Part shown: positions 12,020 through 24,416 of the stretch, piece by piece
Layout: every line of letters starts with the position of its first letter
How positions within the stretch are numbered: the first letter of the stretch is position 1
Origin: Sminthopsis crassicaudata
Lineage: Eukaryota
Direction: 5' to 3'
Assembly (NCBI RefSeq): GCF_048593235.1
Contig: NC_133619.1
Span: 651,040,558 to 651,104,557, forward strand
Length of the DNA stretch: 64,000 bases
Position numbers and translations under genes: made by a program
Notes under the pieces: model-generated
Told to the model about the DNA's origin: nothing
The model's input: the letters and a program-made list of their open reading frames with translations, nothing else
Databases searched by the model: none

Positions 12020-12675
12020 TGTATTTCCTATTGATCTGTGACTCCTTTCAGATTCCCAGCCCCTCCTGGCTGAGGCATATCCTCCCCAGACAAGTTGTCT
12101 TTCTGGGATGCCAGAGCCTTTGGTTCACAAATCCTGGTCAAAAGCCTCCCTTTGAATTCCAATAGGAGATCTGGGCTTGTCCCAGCCCCCACTGATTCTG
12201 ATCTGCTCAGGCTTCCCAACCCCCACAGAGACAAGCAACTAAGGCCTTTGCAGATGGAGCTCAGCATCTTCCTTTGCTGCCAGGACCTTCTGCCCACTGA
12301 GAACTGCATTCTCAGTGCAAAACTCCATTTTCCATAGATCTGCCTGCTGGAATAATATTCTCTTCCAGTACCATCCTCTCCTTATCCTCATCTTTTTCCC
12401 TAACCAAACTTTATGCCTCTCTATCAGGATTTCTAACCTTAATTCCAATCCCGTAATAAGCCTCTTTTATCAATCTAGGTTTTCGGATTTGGAAATTCCT
12501 TTACAGAGAAACTCCGCCAGAAGGGAGTCCCCAAAATTCCAAGGTATCTAGGGGAGCTAAACCTCTCTATTTGGTTCCCTGAACCCCAAACCTGCCACTA
12601 GACCTTTTCATTTAACTCCCTGACCACCAGAAACCCTAATCTCATTTTGGTTCCCTAAATCTAAACCTCATCATT

Positions 12676-12693
12676 TAGTTTCCTGACGGGATC
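12676..12693 (+). promoter_or_regulatory. Degenerate primer binding site complementary to the tRNA-Glu 3' end
   Basis: LTR-CA, then tt, then tagtttcctgacgggatc, vs the expected TGGTTCCCTGACCGGGAATC. Confidence 0.65.
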
Positions 12694-15600
12694 CCCCAAA
12701 ACTAGACATCATTTGGTTCCCTAACTAGAACCCCAAAACTCTGGACATTCAGAACCAATTCGGGTTTTGAGCTGTTGGTGCAGTATTCTTCCAGAAAGAA
12801 TACCTGCGTTCCTTCTTTTGTCTCTATTTCTAAAGGTAGTGGGCACCCAGATCAGATCTGGGCTGTGGGCAATATTCTCCCAGGGAGAATATTTGCATTT
12901 TCTGGCAAAAAGGCCTCTTTTTGTCACACTATTTTTAAAGATAGTGGCACCAGGAAATCTGGAACTCTGGACAAGGTAAAAGAACTTTTTTTCTTTCCCT
13001 ATCCTGCAATGGACACCTAAGCCACCCAGGTCAGGCTTGGGTCATTGTTAGAGCTCTACATTCGGGCAAATTATTTACAAATTGCTGTGGATTGACAGAA
13101 GGCCTCCTTTTGTCTCACTCTGTCTCTAGAGATATGAGAGAAACTGCAAGAATTTGGGAAAACTAAAAGCTTTTATCTGTCCACAATCTAGACACACCTC
13201 TGCCTCTAAAATCCTTCCTTGAGCAGATGCTTGGCTTGAGGAAACTCCTTCTGTCCAACCCCTCCAGACCAAAGGAGGGTCCTTTGCATCTCAAGGCACT
13301 CCTAAATTCCTTTTTCTCTCACTAGAAAGCCCTGCTCTCAGGCAAGAACTCCAAGACAAGAGAGGAAGTGTCTCTTTAACCCTCCCCCCAGACCAAGGAG
13401 ATACATGGCAGTTCTGGGGCCCCCTCTCGGGGGTCCTAGCCCAGCACTCTCTTTGATCTGGAGAGATAACTGGAGAAACTTAAGAGGAGTCGAGTTTGAG
13501 CCCTTCTCCCACTCCACTGTTAAATACAATGGAGTCTTTAATGGTCAGGCTGTAGCCACGAGGAGAAAGGTCACTGAATTGAGGTGAGCCTGGAGACATG
13601 TCTCTACCCACGGCTGCTACTCCCTGGATAGGAGTAAACAGTCTCTCCTTCAGATCTTGCTCTCCTGGCAAGATTTGGGAGTTCAGACGAGCTTCCCCAC
13701 TCTCAAGTTCCAACGTGAAATTGCCAGAGGAACCCTCGCTATTTGGGAAGCACCGGGTAAGACTGCATTTCTTTCTCCCCCACCCTCACTCTGGCCTTTC
13801 CTCCCCCTCCCCCATGGAGTGGGGATCACAGAACTCAAGGCCTTTTTCAGACCTCTCCCATATGGCTTGGCAACCTGCCATTTAAATGTTTCTGTCCTGT
13901 CCCCTTATTGGGGTACTGTACAGTGGGGAGATTGGGCACTCAGTCTTATCTTCTCAAGTCTCCAGAAAAGTTTTCCACCAATTTTTAAAACAGAACTTTC
14001 CTGGCATTCTGGACAAGCGGGCCACGCCCCTCCCAGACCTTTTAGCTGGCCCTTAAATGAGCCGCAGCTTCCAGCCCTCAGGAAGCAAGTTTGTCCCATA
14101 CATTTTAAAACGGGACTTGGTTTCCTCAGATCAGGGCCTCCCATCACAGCCTTTTAACTGCAGAAGCCTCAAAACTATGTTTTTGCATGCTCATGTTTAC
14201 AAAGACGGGGGATTCCAAAGTGCTCTCGGGTTTTTTTTCCTAGTCTCAGGGCACTTGCTCCTAATTTTCTCGGCCCCAAGACCTTTTGTTCTTAGCACAC
14301 TCTCCTATTTTTCTGGATTGGCATTCTATGCCCCTGCCAACAATTAAAGCTTTCTATCCTAAGCTCCAACCCTGGCCAGATTGTGGCTTCAAGAAAGACA
14401 TTTGGAATGCTTGATGTCTGGGGAATAAAAGTTCAAATCAAAGCAAATTCAATTGTTTAGAGAGTGAAGAGAGTTTCTTTCTTTCTTTTCTCATTCTCTG
14501 ACTGTAGCAGGAAATGGGGAGTTAGAGAGAGAGATTGAAACTGTTTGAAAACTCCTTAACCATTTTCAATTCGGTGAACACTTTTAAGGAAAGAGGTCTT
14601 TCCTGTTGCCTTTTCTCTAGCTTGCAGAATTCCCTTGTGGGAATTCCTGTAGTGTCTCTCTCTAGACTTGTTCTCTATTCTACAGCTGGTCCCTGACAAA
14701 TTCTCCCTTGCTCTGTTGTTCCTCAGTTTCTCTGGCATTACAGCTCAAGGAGCATTTTGTTGCTCTCCTTCTCTAGAGAAGGACGAGGGACTATAGAATC
14801 TGGACACTGTCTAGAGTCAGGCAAGGAGCTATTGATTGGAGAACACTAAAGCTTTTTTCCTAGAAGTCAAGGATTTCAGTCTTCTGATTTCATCATTTGG
14901 TGGCCCTTCTACCAGGCTTTGCCCATGAGGGTTTTTTTTTCCACTGAGGTAAGCCCACCACATCACCCTCTATAGCGGGGTCAGCTCAAATTCCCCAAGG
15001 GTCACAGGCGGAGCTGTCCAGAGCTTGACCTCGGTTCGGATTTGGGTCAAGATCGCTTGAACAAATTTCTGCAGATTAACAAATAGCCCTCTTACTGAAG
15101 AGTCACACCTTCCTAGGGATGCCTGGAGAAGGACAGAGCTATGGAAGTGGAAAGTTTGGGGCTTGTGGCAGGATGGGTCAGCTTTCTTCCTCCATTCCTA
15201 GAGATTCTCTTTTAAGCTGTCTCTTAATGCAGAGACACACTCAGCTTGAAAAAAATACCTCAATCCCAAAACTTAAACTCTGACTAGATTAGCTGAATTC
15301 CAGTCTCCCTCCACCCACCAACTCTCAGGAGCCCTAGAAAGGAGACTTCTTTGCACTTTAAAAGGGACGCTTTTTTCTTTCAAATCCTGGAACTAACATT
15401 TCTGCCCTCAGGCAAAAAACGGCTAGCCCACAAGCCCAGCAGAATTGTCTCTTTCAAAGCTAAAAAAATCTCCCAGCCTAAGAAGAAACCTGGGACCCAC
15501 CCCCAACTTTTTCAGGGGTACAAGGCCAGTATACTAAGGCCAAAACTAGAGGAGCCCATTCTGAGCCCTCGATGCTACACTCTGCTGCTACAAACAGCTG

Positions 15601-16950
15601 TTGGTTTTCTTTTACCTCTCTCACCTGAACTAAAAAAAAACCTGAGACTCCCAGCTCTTTTCTTCTCAGGACAACTTCTGCCTCCTGAAAAGACACTCAG
15701 AATGGAGGTACCTTTTTAATGCAAATCTCTCCCATTCTTAGGTCGGGAACCCCAAAGTTTGTGCTGTAGGTGCCAAGGAAACTGTCCAAGGAGACCCCAG
15801 TCCCTGCCCTGAGTTTGAGCAGGAGGAGCACTGGAGGAACTGCCTTTCTACCACAACAGCGAACACCACAGAGGTTGAACTGCCCCACCCCCAGCATCCT
15901 GCTCTTGGGTAGGAATTTGGGATCTGTCCCTGTTTCCCCTTTTATCCATCGGGACAGCCCAAACACCTCAGGGGTCGGTAAGCTGGGTAGGCAGTGCTGC
16001 TACTTTGCACTTCTTCTGTCCCCTTCTACCCCTCCCCCATAAAGAGTGGGGATAGTGGGGGGGAAGGCTCAGGATCTTTATTTAACCATTTTGGTGATTT
16101 TTCTGGTGAGATTGAGGAACCAACTCTATTTTTTTTTTAAACTGCACAGACAGTTAAGGGATTTCTAAAAGCTTAAACTGCATTCTTATCTTGATCTGTG
16201 GCCATGACAAGTGGGGACACACCCATCCCTGGACCATGCCTCACAAAAAGATGAGTGGCTGTTTTTAATCAAAAGACTCTTAATCAAAGAGGTCTAAAAA
16301 TTAACTCTGGGATAGCCATTAACCCCAGGGATTCGGAGCATTAAAAAAAAAAAAAGGCCTATGGACATCAGTGGCTTATTAAACCTAATAGATATCAAGG
16401 CCTCCTGCCTAGCCTGACTCTCTGATTCACACCCTTGATCCCTGCCACCCTGACCCAACCCCGAAAAAAATTAGCTTTCCTGGAACTTGGAGCGAAAGGG
16501 CTAACCTCTGCTCCTAGCATTTTCTCTCATACTTTTCTCTGGCATTTGATATTGATAGATGGGCCATCATCATTCTTTTTTTTTTTTTTTAATTTTTTAT
16601 TTTATTTTATAATTATAACATTTCTTGACAGTACATATGCATGGGTAATTTTTTACAACATTATCCCTTGCACTTACCTCTATTCAGATTATTTTCCTTC
16701 CTCCCCCAACCCCCTCCCCCAGATGGCAAGCAGTCCCACACATGTTAAATATATTACAGTATAATCTAGATACAATATATGTGTGTAGAACCGAATTTTT
16801 TGTTGCACAGGAAGAATTGGATTCAGAAGGTAAAAATAACAGTTTACATTCATTTCCCAGTGTTCCTTTTCCGGATGTAGCTGGTTCTGTCCATCATTAA
16901 TCAATTGGAATTGGATTAGTTCTTCTCTATGTTGAAGAAATCCACTTCCA

Positions 16951-19900
16951 TCAGCATACATCCTCGTACAGTATCATTGTTGAAGTGTATAATGATCTTC
17001 TGGTTCTGCTCGTTTCACTCAGCATCAGTTGATGTAAGTCTCTCCAAGCCTCTCTGTATTTCTCCTGTTGGTCATTTCTTATAGAACAATAATATTCCAT
17101 AACATTCATATACCATAGTTTACCCAACCATTCTCCAATTGATGGACATCCATTCATCTTCCAGCTTCTAGCCACTATGAAAAGGGCTGCCACAAACATT
17201 TTGGCACATACAGGACCCTTTCCCTTCTCTAGTAGTTCCTTGGGGTATAAGCCCAGTAGTAGTATAGCTGGGTCAAAGGGTATGCACATTTTGATAACTT
17301 TTTGGCATTATTCCAGATTGCTCTCCAGAATGGTTGGATTCTTTCACAACTCCACCAACAATGCATCAGTGTCCCAGTTTTCCCACAGCCCCTCCAACAT
17401 TCATCATTATTTGTTCCTGTCATCTTAGCCAATCTGACAGGTGTGTAATGATACCTCAGAGTTGTCTTAATTTGCATTTCTCTGATCAATAGTGATTTGG
17501 AACACTCTTTCATATGAGTGGAAATAGTTTTAATTTCATCATCTGAAAATTGTCTGTTCATATCCTTTGACCATTTATCAATTGGAGAATGGCTTGATTT
17601 CTTATAAATTAAAGTCAATTCTCTGTATATTTTGGAGATGAGGCCTTTATCAGAACCTTTAACTGTAAAAATGTTTTCCCAATTTGTTACTTCCCTTCTA
17701 ATCTTGTTTGCATTAGTTTTGTTTGTGCAGAAACTTTTTAATTTGGTGTAATCAAAATGTTCTATTTTGTGATCAATAATGGTCTCTAGTTCTCCCTTGG
17801 ACACAAACTCCTTCCTCCTCCATAAGTCTGAGAGGTAAACCATCCCATGTTCCTCCAATTTATTTATGATTTCGTTCTTTATGCCTAAATCTTGGACCCA
17901 TTTTGATCTAATCTTAGTATGTGGTGTTAAATGTGGGTCCAGGCCTAGTTTCTGCCATACTAATTTCCAGTTTTCCCAGCAGTTTTTGTCAAATAATGAA
18001 TTCTTATCCCAAAATTTGGGATCTTTGGGTTTGTCAAAGATTAGATTGCTATTTTTATTCGCTATCTTGTCCTGTGAACCTAACCTATGCCACTGATCAA
18101 CTAGTCTATTTCTTAGCCAATACCAAATGGTTTTGGTGACTGTTGCTTTATAATATAGCTTTAAATCAGGTACACTTAGACCACCTTCCTCTGACTTTTT
18201 TTTCATTAGTTCCCTTGCAATTCTCGACCTTTTATTCTTCCATATGAATTTTGTTGTTATTTTTTCTAGGTCATTAAAATAGTTTCTTGGGAGTCTGATT
18301 GGTATAGCACTAAATAAATAGATTAGTTTGGGGAGTATTGTCATCTTTATTATATTCGCTCGGCCTATCCAAGAACACCGAATGTCTTTCCAATTATTTA
18401 AATCTGACTTTATTTTTGTGGCAAGTGTTTTGTAATTTTGCTCATATAATTCCTGACTCTCCTTTGGTAGATATATTCCCAAATATTTGATACTATCGAC
18501 TGTTATTTTGAATGGAATTTCTCTTTGTATCTCTGCTGTTGGATTGTGTTGGTAATGTATAAAAATGCTGAGGATTTATGTGGATTTATTTTGTATCCTG
18601 CGACTTTGCTAAAATTCTGAATTATTTCTAATAGCTTTTTAGCAGAGTCTTTGGGGTTCTCTAAGTATACCATCATGTCATCTGCAAAAAGTGACAATTT
18701 GATTTCTTCATTTCCTACTCTAATTCCTTGGATCTCTTTCTCGGCTCTTATTGCCAAGGCTAGAGTTTCTAGTACTATATTGAATAGTAATGGTGATAGT
18801 GGGCAACCTTGTTTCACTCCTGATCTTACAGGGAAAGGTTCTAGTTTATCACCATTACATATGATGTTTACTGAAGGTTTTAAATATATGCTCCTTATTA
18901 TTTTAAGGAATAGTCCATTTATTCCTATACTTTCAAGTGTTTTTAGTAGGAATGGATGTTGGATTTTATCAAATGCCTTTTCTGCATCTATTGAGATGAT
19001 CATATGGTTTTTATTAATTTGATTATTAATATGGTCAATTATACTAATAGTTTTCCTAATATTAAACCAGCCCTGCATTCCTGGTATAAATCCCACTTGG
19101 TCATAGTGTATTATCCTGGGGATGATTTTCTGAAGTCTATTTGCTAATATCTTATTTAAGATTTTAGCATCAATATTCATTAAGGAAATTGGTCTATAGT
19201 TTTCTTTCTCAGTTTTCGATCTACCTGGTTTAGGTATCAGTACCATGTCTGTGTCATAGAAGGAATTTGGTAGGACTCCTTCAATCCCTATTTTTTCAAA
19301 TAGTTTACATAGCATTGGAGTTAGTTGTTCTTTAAATGTTTGGTAGAATTCACCTGTAAATCCATCTGGTCCTGGGGACTTTTTCTTAGGAAGTTGGTTA
19401 ATAGCTTGGTCTATTTCTTTGTCTGAGATGGGACTATTTAGACTACTTACTTCCTCCTCTGTTAATCTGGGCAAGCTATATTTTTGAAGGTATTCTTCCA
19501 TTTCATTTAAGTTATCGAATTTATCGGCATAAAGTTGAGCAAAGTAGCTCCTAACTATTGTTCTAATTTCCTCTTCATTAGTGGTGAGTTCACCCTTTTC
19601 ATTTTCAAGACTATCAATTTGCTTTTTCTCTTTCCTTTTTTTAATCAGGTTTACTAAGGGTTTGTCTATTTTGTTGGTTTTTTCATAAAACCAACTCTTA
19701 GTTTTATTAATTAATTCAATAGTTTTTTTACTTTCAATTTTATTAATCTCACCTTTTATTTTTTGAATTTCAAGTTTTGTGTTTGTCTGGGGGTTTTTAA
19801 TTTGTTCCTTTTCTAGCAATTTTAGTTGTAAACCCAATTCGTTGGCCCTCTCTTTCTCTATTTTATGCAGGTAGGCCTGTAGAGATATAAAACTTCCCCT

Positions 19901-20782
19901 AATTACTGCTTTGGCTGTATCCCACACATTTTGGTATGATGTCTCATTATTGTCATTTTCTTGGGTGAAGTTATTAATTATGTCTATGATTTGCTGTTTT
20001 ACCCAATCATTCTTTAGTATAAGATTATTTAGTTTCCAATTATTTTTTGGTCTATTTTCCCCTGGCTTTTTATTAAATCTTATTTTGATTGCATTATGGT
20101 CTGAAAAGGATGCATTTACTATTTCTGCCTTACTGCATTTGATTTTGAGGTTTTTATGCCCTAGTATATGATCAATTTTTGTATAGGTTCCATGAACAGC
20201 TGAGAAGAAAGTATATTCCTTTCTGTCTCCATTTAGCTTTCGCCAAAGATCTATCATATCAAACTTTTCTAGTATTCTATTTACCTCTTTGACTTCTTTC
20301 TTATTTATTTTGTGGTTTGATTTATCTAATTCTGAGAGTGCAAGGTTGAGATCTCCCGCTATTATAGTTTTGCTATCTATTTCCTCTTGCAGCTCTCTTA
20401 ATTTCTCTTTTAAGAATTTAGATGCTGCACCACTTGGTGCATACATGTTTAATATTGATACTGCTTCACTATTGATGCTTCCCTTTAGCAGGATATAATG
20501 CCCTTCCTTATCTCTTTTAATTAGATCAATTTTTGTTTTTGCTTGATCTGAGATGAGGATGGCTACTCCTGCTTTTTTGGTTTTGCCTGAAGCATAATAG
20601 ATTCTGCTCCACCCTTTTACTTTTAGTTTGAATGTCTCATCCTGTTTCAGGTGTGTTTCCTGTAAACAACATATAGTAGGATTCTGACTTTTAATCCAGT
20701 CTGCTAACTGCTTCCTCTTTATGAGGCAGTTTGCCCCATTCACATTTATGGTTAGAAGGACTAATTCTATATTGCTTGCCAT
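16951..20782 (-). pseudogene. L1 ORF2p (EN-RT-Cys domain) broken by two single-base frameshifts
   Basis: ORF pieces 18503-20782 (EN; RT FADDM), 17229-18482 and 16951-17289. Frameshifts near 18532 and 17305 relative to the homologous text in the 8.2-10.3 kb and 34-35.6 kb copies. Confidence 0.92.
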
Positions 20783-21237
20783 CCTACTAACCCCTGCTTA
20801 TGCTTTTCCCCTTTCCTTCCCTTTTACCCTCCTATCCAGTATTAAACTGGTGAACACCACTTGCTTTTCACAGCCCTCCCTTTTTAGGATCCCTCCCCCA
20901 CCTTAAAGATCCTCCCCTTATTTTACCCCTTTTCCTCGAAATTACTGTATTCCCTTCCCCTTAGCTTACTCCTTCCCTTTCACTTTTCAATGAAGTGGAA
21001 GAAGTTTCACCATAAATCGAATATGTCTATTGATACACGCTATGTTCATCTCCCTCCTTTCTTTTTCTCAGATATAATAGGTTACCTTTGCCTCTTCATG
21101 AGATGTAGTACCACCACTTTATACTTTTTTATGATATAATCTCCTTTCCACCTCTAGTTTCTAAGACAAATTGTACATATGTTCTTTACATATTTTTTTG
21201 ACAGAAGTATAGTTCTCAAGATTTCTTTTTACCTTTT

Positions 21238-22413
21238 TTAGAAGTCTCTTGAGTTCTGTATTTGAAGATCAAACCTCTTATGTAGGTCTGGTTTTTTCAT
21301 CAAAAATAGATGGAATTCATTTATTTCGTTAAATGTCCATCTTCTTCCCTGGAAAACGATGCTCATTCTTGCTGGGTAAGTTATTCTTGGCTGCATACCA
21401 AGTTCCTTAGCCTTTCGGAATATCATGTTCCAGGCCCTGCGTTCTTTTAATGTGGATGCTGCTAGATCCTGTGTTATCCTTATTGTGGATCCTCCATATC
21501 TGAATTGTTTTTTTCTAGCAGCTTCCAATATCTTTTCCTTTGTCTGATGGTTCTTGAACTTGGCCACTATATTTCTTGGCGTTTTGATTTTAGGGTCCCT
21601 TTCAGTAGGTGATCGATGAATTTTCTCAATGTCTATTTTACCCTCTGTTTCCAAAACGTCTGGGCAGTTCTCTTTGATAATTTCCTCGAAAATGGTGTCC
21701 AAGCTCTTTTTTTCCTCCCATTTTTCAGGGAGTCCGATTATTCTCAAATTGTCTCTCCTGGATCTGTTTTCCAGGTCTGTTGTCTTTCTGGTAAGGTACT
21801 TGACAGTCTTTTCAATTGTTTCATTTCTCTGGTTTTGCTTGACTCCCTCTTGGTTTCTCCTTGAGTCATTCATTTCTACTTGTTCCAGTCTAATTTTCAA
21901 TGATGTATTTTCTTCACTCACTTTTTTTATATCTCTTTGTAATTGTCCAATTGAGTTTTTATCTTCTATGGAATTTTTTTCCATTTTATCCATTTTATTT
22001 TTTAGAGAGCTGATTTCTTTTTCCAGCTCTCTAATCCTGTTTTCCTTGGAGTAGTTTACCTTTTCCAGCTCACTAATCCTGTTTTCCTTGGAGTTGTTTA
22101 CCTTTTCCAGCTCACTAATCTTGTTTCTCAAGGATTTGATTTCTTTATCCACTCTGTCTTTGAATGCATGGGATGACTTCTCCAGGCTCTCTTGCCAAGC
22201 TTCCCTTTCTTTTTCCCATTTCTCTTCCAGCTCTCTTGTGAGAGCCTTTTTGATTTCCTCTATGAGGTTCTTTTGTACTGAGGAGCAGCTTATATCCCTC
22301 CCAGGGGATACATCTGGGGACATTCTGTTCCTAGTCTCCTCAGCATTTGAAGTCTGCTCCCTCTCCACACAGAAGCTGTCAATGGTTAGAGCCCTTTTGA
22401 ATTTTTTGTTCAT
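21238..22413 (-). CDS. L1 ORF1p, uninterrupted 391 aa
   Basis: Coiled coil, RRM start RSRRDNLRIIGLPE, and C-terminal domain ERRAWNMIFRKAKELG. Confidence 0.9.
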   Translation of the reverse strand: MNKKFKRALTIDSFCVEREQTSNAEETRNRMSPDVSPGRDISCSSVQKNLIEEIKKALTRELEEKWEKEREAWQESLEKSSHAFKDRVDKEIKSLRNKISELEKVNNSKENRISELEKVNYSKENRIRELEKEISSLKNKMDKMEKNSIEDKNSIGQLQRDIKKVSEENTSLKIRLEQVEMNDSRRNQEGVKQNQRNETIEKTVKYLTRKTTDLENRSRRDNLRIIGLPEKWEEKKSLDTIFEEIIKENCPDVLETEGKIDIEKIHRSPTERDPKIKTPRNIVAKFKNHQTKEKILEAARKKQFRYGGSTIRITQDLAASTLKERRAWNMIFRKAKELGMQPRITYPARMSIVFQGRRWTFNEINEFHLFLMKKPDLHKRFDLQIQNSRDF

Positions 22414-24416
22414 TTTGTCAGAGTAGGAATCAAAGAAAACAAACTGACAAGAGAAACAATTGGTCTGTTTTGCGGGGGATAGGGCTGGATGTTATTAATG
22501 GGCTTCCTCTACAGACTGGGGGTAGGGCAGCAGAGAGCCACTAACAGAACAGCAATGACTGTACTGATTCTGAGCTCTGAGGCTCTGAGAACGCACCGAG
22601 TCAGTCCAGGTGGGGGTTGGGGGTGGCCGGGCTCTGAGAGACGCTGGCTTTCTGGGGTTTTAATCTTCACCTCCGGTGTTTACACCCTCTCTGCTGCTCC
22701 TGGCTTGCTGCCAAGATGGAGCATCCACACTGGGGCAAAAGCCCTTTCACAGAAACGGCAGAGATCACACCCCTCCCCCTCCGGTCTGAGCTGTGTGAGC
22801 TGCCTGTCTTGCTCTGGCTGTCTGCCCTCAGTCTGCGCCCAGTCTGATTGACCCTCCCCCAAACAAACGCAGACCTTTTCTGGCGACTCTCAAGGATGTC
22901 TTCTCTTGGTGATAATTTGTGGATTTCTTTCTGGGTCAAGCATTAAGTCAGAGGCTTGTCATGAAGTAAGTTCTGAGAGAAAACGAGGAGCTCAAGCAGC
23001 TGTCTGCCTCCACGCCGCCATCTTGGCCGGAAGTCTCATCATTCTTACAGGCAGCCCACAGAAGGGACCTGATGCATTTCCTCCTAAAGACCCCATTCCC
23101 AAATGTCGCCATCTCCACCCTGGAGGACACCCCACTTTTAATCTGTTCCTGAGATCTTTTCTCTGAGCTTCAAACTTTGCATTCTCAACTGCCCTTCAGC
23201 CTGGAGAACTGGGGACGACTGACTGGGACAAAGAGCCCTTAGATGCCCTGCTGCCATTCCAGACCCCACACCTCACACTTTACCTCCTGGCATGAACCCC
23301 CAAATCTCTACGAACCTTGTCAGCTTGAAGCAGCTACATGAATTTGAGATCTTCGTCCTTTTTCCCTTAAATGAATTTAAGTTTTAACTGCTTGTGAGGG
23401 GAATGAAGCAGGTTGTGGTCCCTTCAAGAAAATGTATTTCCTATTGATTTGTGACTCCTTTCAGATTCCCAGCCCCTCCTGGCTGAGGCATATCCTCCGC
23501 AGACAAGTTGTCTTCCTGGGATGCCAGAGCCTTTGATTCACAAATCCTGGTCAAAAGCCTCCCTTTTATTCCAATATATGAAGTGGGCTTGTCCCAGCCC
23601 CCACTGGTTCTGATCTCTTCGGGCTTCCCAACCTCCACCAAGGCAACCAATAAAACACTTCCATCAACTAAAGTCTGTGCAGATGAGCTCGGCAGCTCCC
23701 TTTGCTGCCAGGACCTTCTGCCCACTGAGAACTGCATTCTCAGTGCAAAATTCCATTTTCCATAGATCTGCCCCCTGGAATAATATTCTCTTCCAGTGCC
23801 ATCCTCTCCTTATCCTCGCCTATTTCCCTAACCAGACTTTATGCCTCTCTGTCAGGATTTCTAGCCTTACTTCCAATCCCTGTAATAAGCCTCTTTTAGC
23901 AATCTAGGTTTTGGGGTCGGAAATTCCTTTACAGAGAAACTCCGTGCCACCAGAAGGGGGAGTCCCCAAAACTCCCTACCCTTGCACCGAATCCCAAAGG
24001 GGGCAGGGGAGCTAAACCTCTCCATTTGGTTCCCTGGACCCCAAACCTTCCACTAGAACTTATCATTTAACTCCCTGACCACTAGAAACCCTAATTTCAT
24101 TTGGGCTCCCTAAATCTAAACCTCATCACTTGGCCATCTTTCCCAGGTTCTGGAGCCAGAATTAGCACCAAAAAAGCAAGAATTACTCTGTCTGTCACAA
24201 GTTGACTGCCCCACCCCTCCCCCACAGCATGGGGCCAACAAGGTAGCAGCATCCACAAAGAGGAAGGGGAAGTGAAGCTCCCCAAATTCTGGGGAATACA
24301 GCTGGAGGCCAAGGAGAAACAGCCCCTCAGAGGGAACCTCAGAGCAGAGCCAGCCTTGCTCACCTCCTGTGCCTTGGTCCAGGTCAGCCAGCAGCCCCCC
24401 TCCCACAAGGACCACC

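Larger units (their letters stand above)
16578..23035 (-). mobile_element. Full-length L1 (about 6.46 kb) nested in the provirus
   Basis: 5' end GACTTCCGGCCAAGATGGCGG with YY1 core, ORF1, 455-nt inter-ORF spacer, ORF2, 3' UTR and poly-A. Exact 11-bp TSD tcatcattctt at 16567-16577 and 23036-23046. Confidence 0.97.
12020..24128 (+). mobile_element. Degenerate LTR-bounded ERV provirus (class I-like, tRNA-Glu PBS) in the receptor B promoter
   Basis: Paired LTRs about 12020-12673 and about 23404-24128, both ending aacctcatca. PBS after the 5' LTR; purine tract gaggggaa before the 3' LTR. Imperfect 4-bp TSD cctg/cttg; empty site present in the receptor A promoter. Internal region has no intact ORF; possible NC knuckle remnant PSPCPEFEQEEHWRNC near 15797-15845. 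Confidence 0.85.

Noticed and set aside
12572-12722. tRNA gene
   Set aside because: Only 9-18 nt complementary to a tRNA 3' end; no cloverleaf or A/B boxes.
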